Positions 63,898 through 64,000 of a stretch of DNA of 64,000 bases are shown piece by piece (within the stretch, counting starts at the first letter, position 1; every line of letters begins with the position of its first letter). The DNA is from Thermodesulfobacteriota bacterium. Its GTDB lineage: Bacteria > Desulfobacterota > Desulfobaccia > Desulfobaccales > 0-14-0-80-60-11. The notes below the pieces were generated by a model that was not told the origin of the DNA, ran no database searches, and saw only the letters and a program-made list of their open reading frames with translations. The position numbers and the translations under genes were made by a program. Location of the stretch: assembly GCA_049322315.1 (NCBI GenBank), contig JBMORF010000060.1, forward strand, positions 7,557 to 71,556, written 5' to 3'.

Positions 63898-64000
63898 TTA
63901 TTTGCTCAATCTCTTTTCCACCTCGGCCCAGTCCACATTGTTCAGGAAAGCTCCAATATAATCCCCCCGTTTCAGCCCGTAGTCGGGGAGGTAAGCGTGT
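63898..64000 (-). CDS. sodB: Fe/Mn superoxide dismutase, C-terminal fragment (5' end outside window)
   Basis: Hand translation gives HAYLPDYGLKRGDYIGAFLNNVDWAEVEKRLSK then stop. This resembles the SOD C-terminus (EHAYY..Y.N.R.DY..AF.N.V.W..V..R). Confidence 0.6.
   Translation of the reverse strand, partial: HAYLPDYGLKRGDYIGAFLNNVDWAEVEKRLSK

Overview
This 64-kb window is high-GC bacterial chromosome. Gene content (futalosine menaquinone pathway, iorAB, PaaK-type ligase, PTS with HPr and EI only) suggests an anaerobic Desulfobacterota/Thermodesulfobacteriota-like organism, but that taxonomic call is inference only. The backbone is housekeeping: dnaA with a convergent phoU; the rpmH-rnpA-yidD-yidC-jag-mnmE-rsmG cluster (rpmH found by hand, it is absent from the ORF track); a TetR gene followed by mqnE-mqnC-PNP-amidohydrolase-mqnA and ubiD-ubiX-ubiA; two tandem OMP paralogs; livH-livM-livF...livG; paaK; ftsK; bioB-D-F-H-C; iorA...iorB; archease-rtcB; ffh-rpsP-KH-rimM-trmD-rplS-rnhB-yraN-rsmI; ptsH-ptsI-smpB; and a partial Fe/Mn SOD at the right edge. 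Two things stand out. (1) Small AT-rich insertions sit inside otherwise intact operons. The main one is an ABC-type ATPase plus DUF4276-like two-gene cassette between livF and livG, flanked by an 8-bp direct repeat, and it is my best candidate for an undescribed conflict/defence system. The others are a Clp-fold (SDH-type) protease plus a small charged ORF between rsmG and an MBOAT gene, a 174-aa orphan between iorA and iorB, and a 100-aa orphan between rtcB and ffh. (2) Nearly every intergenic spacer carries phased 7-nt tandem repeats in several sequence flavours, the largest having 50 units (350 bp). These arrays usually begin within 0-5 nt of the upstream stop codon and are often arranged as inverted arms around an AT-rich core. 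Three GC-rich REP-like hairpin families and one REP-flanked RAYT transposase are also present. No rRNA, tRNA or CRISPR array was seen. Most long antisense ORFs in the track are treated as GC-driven artefacts.
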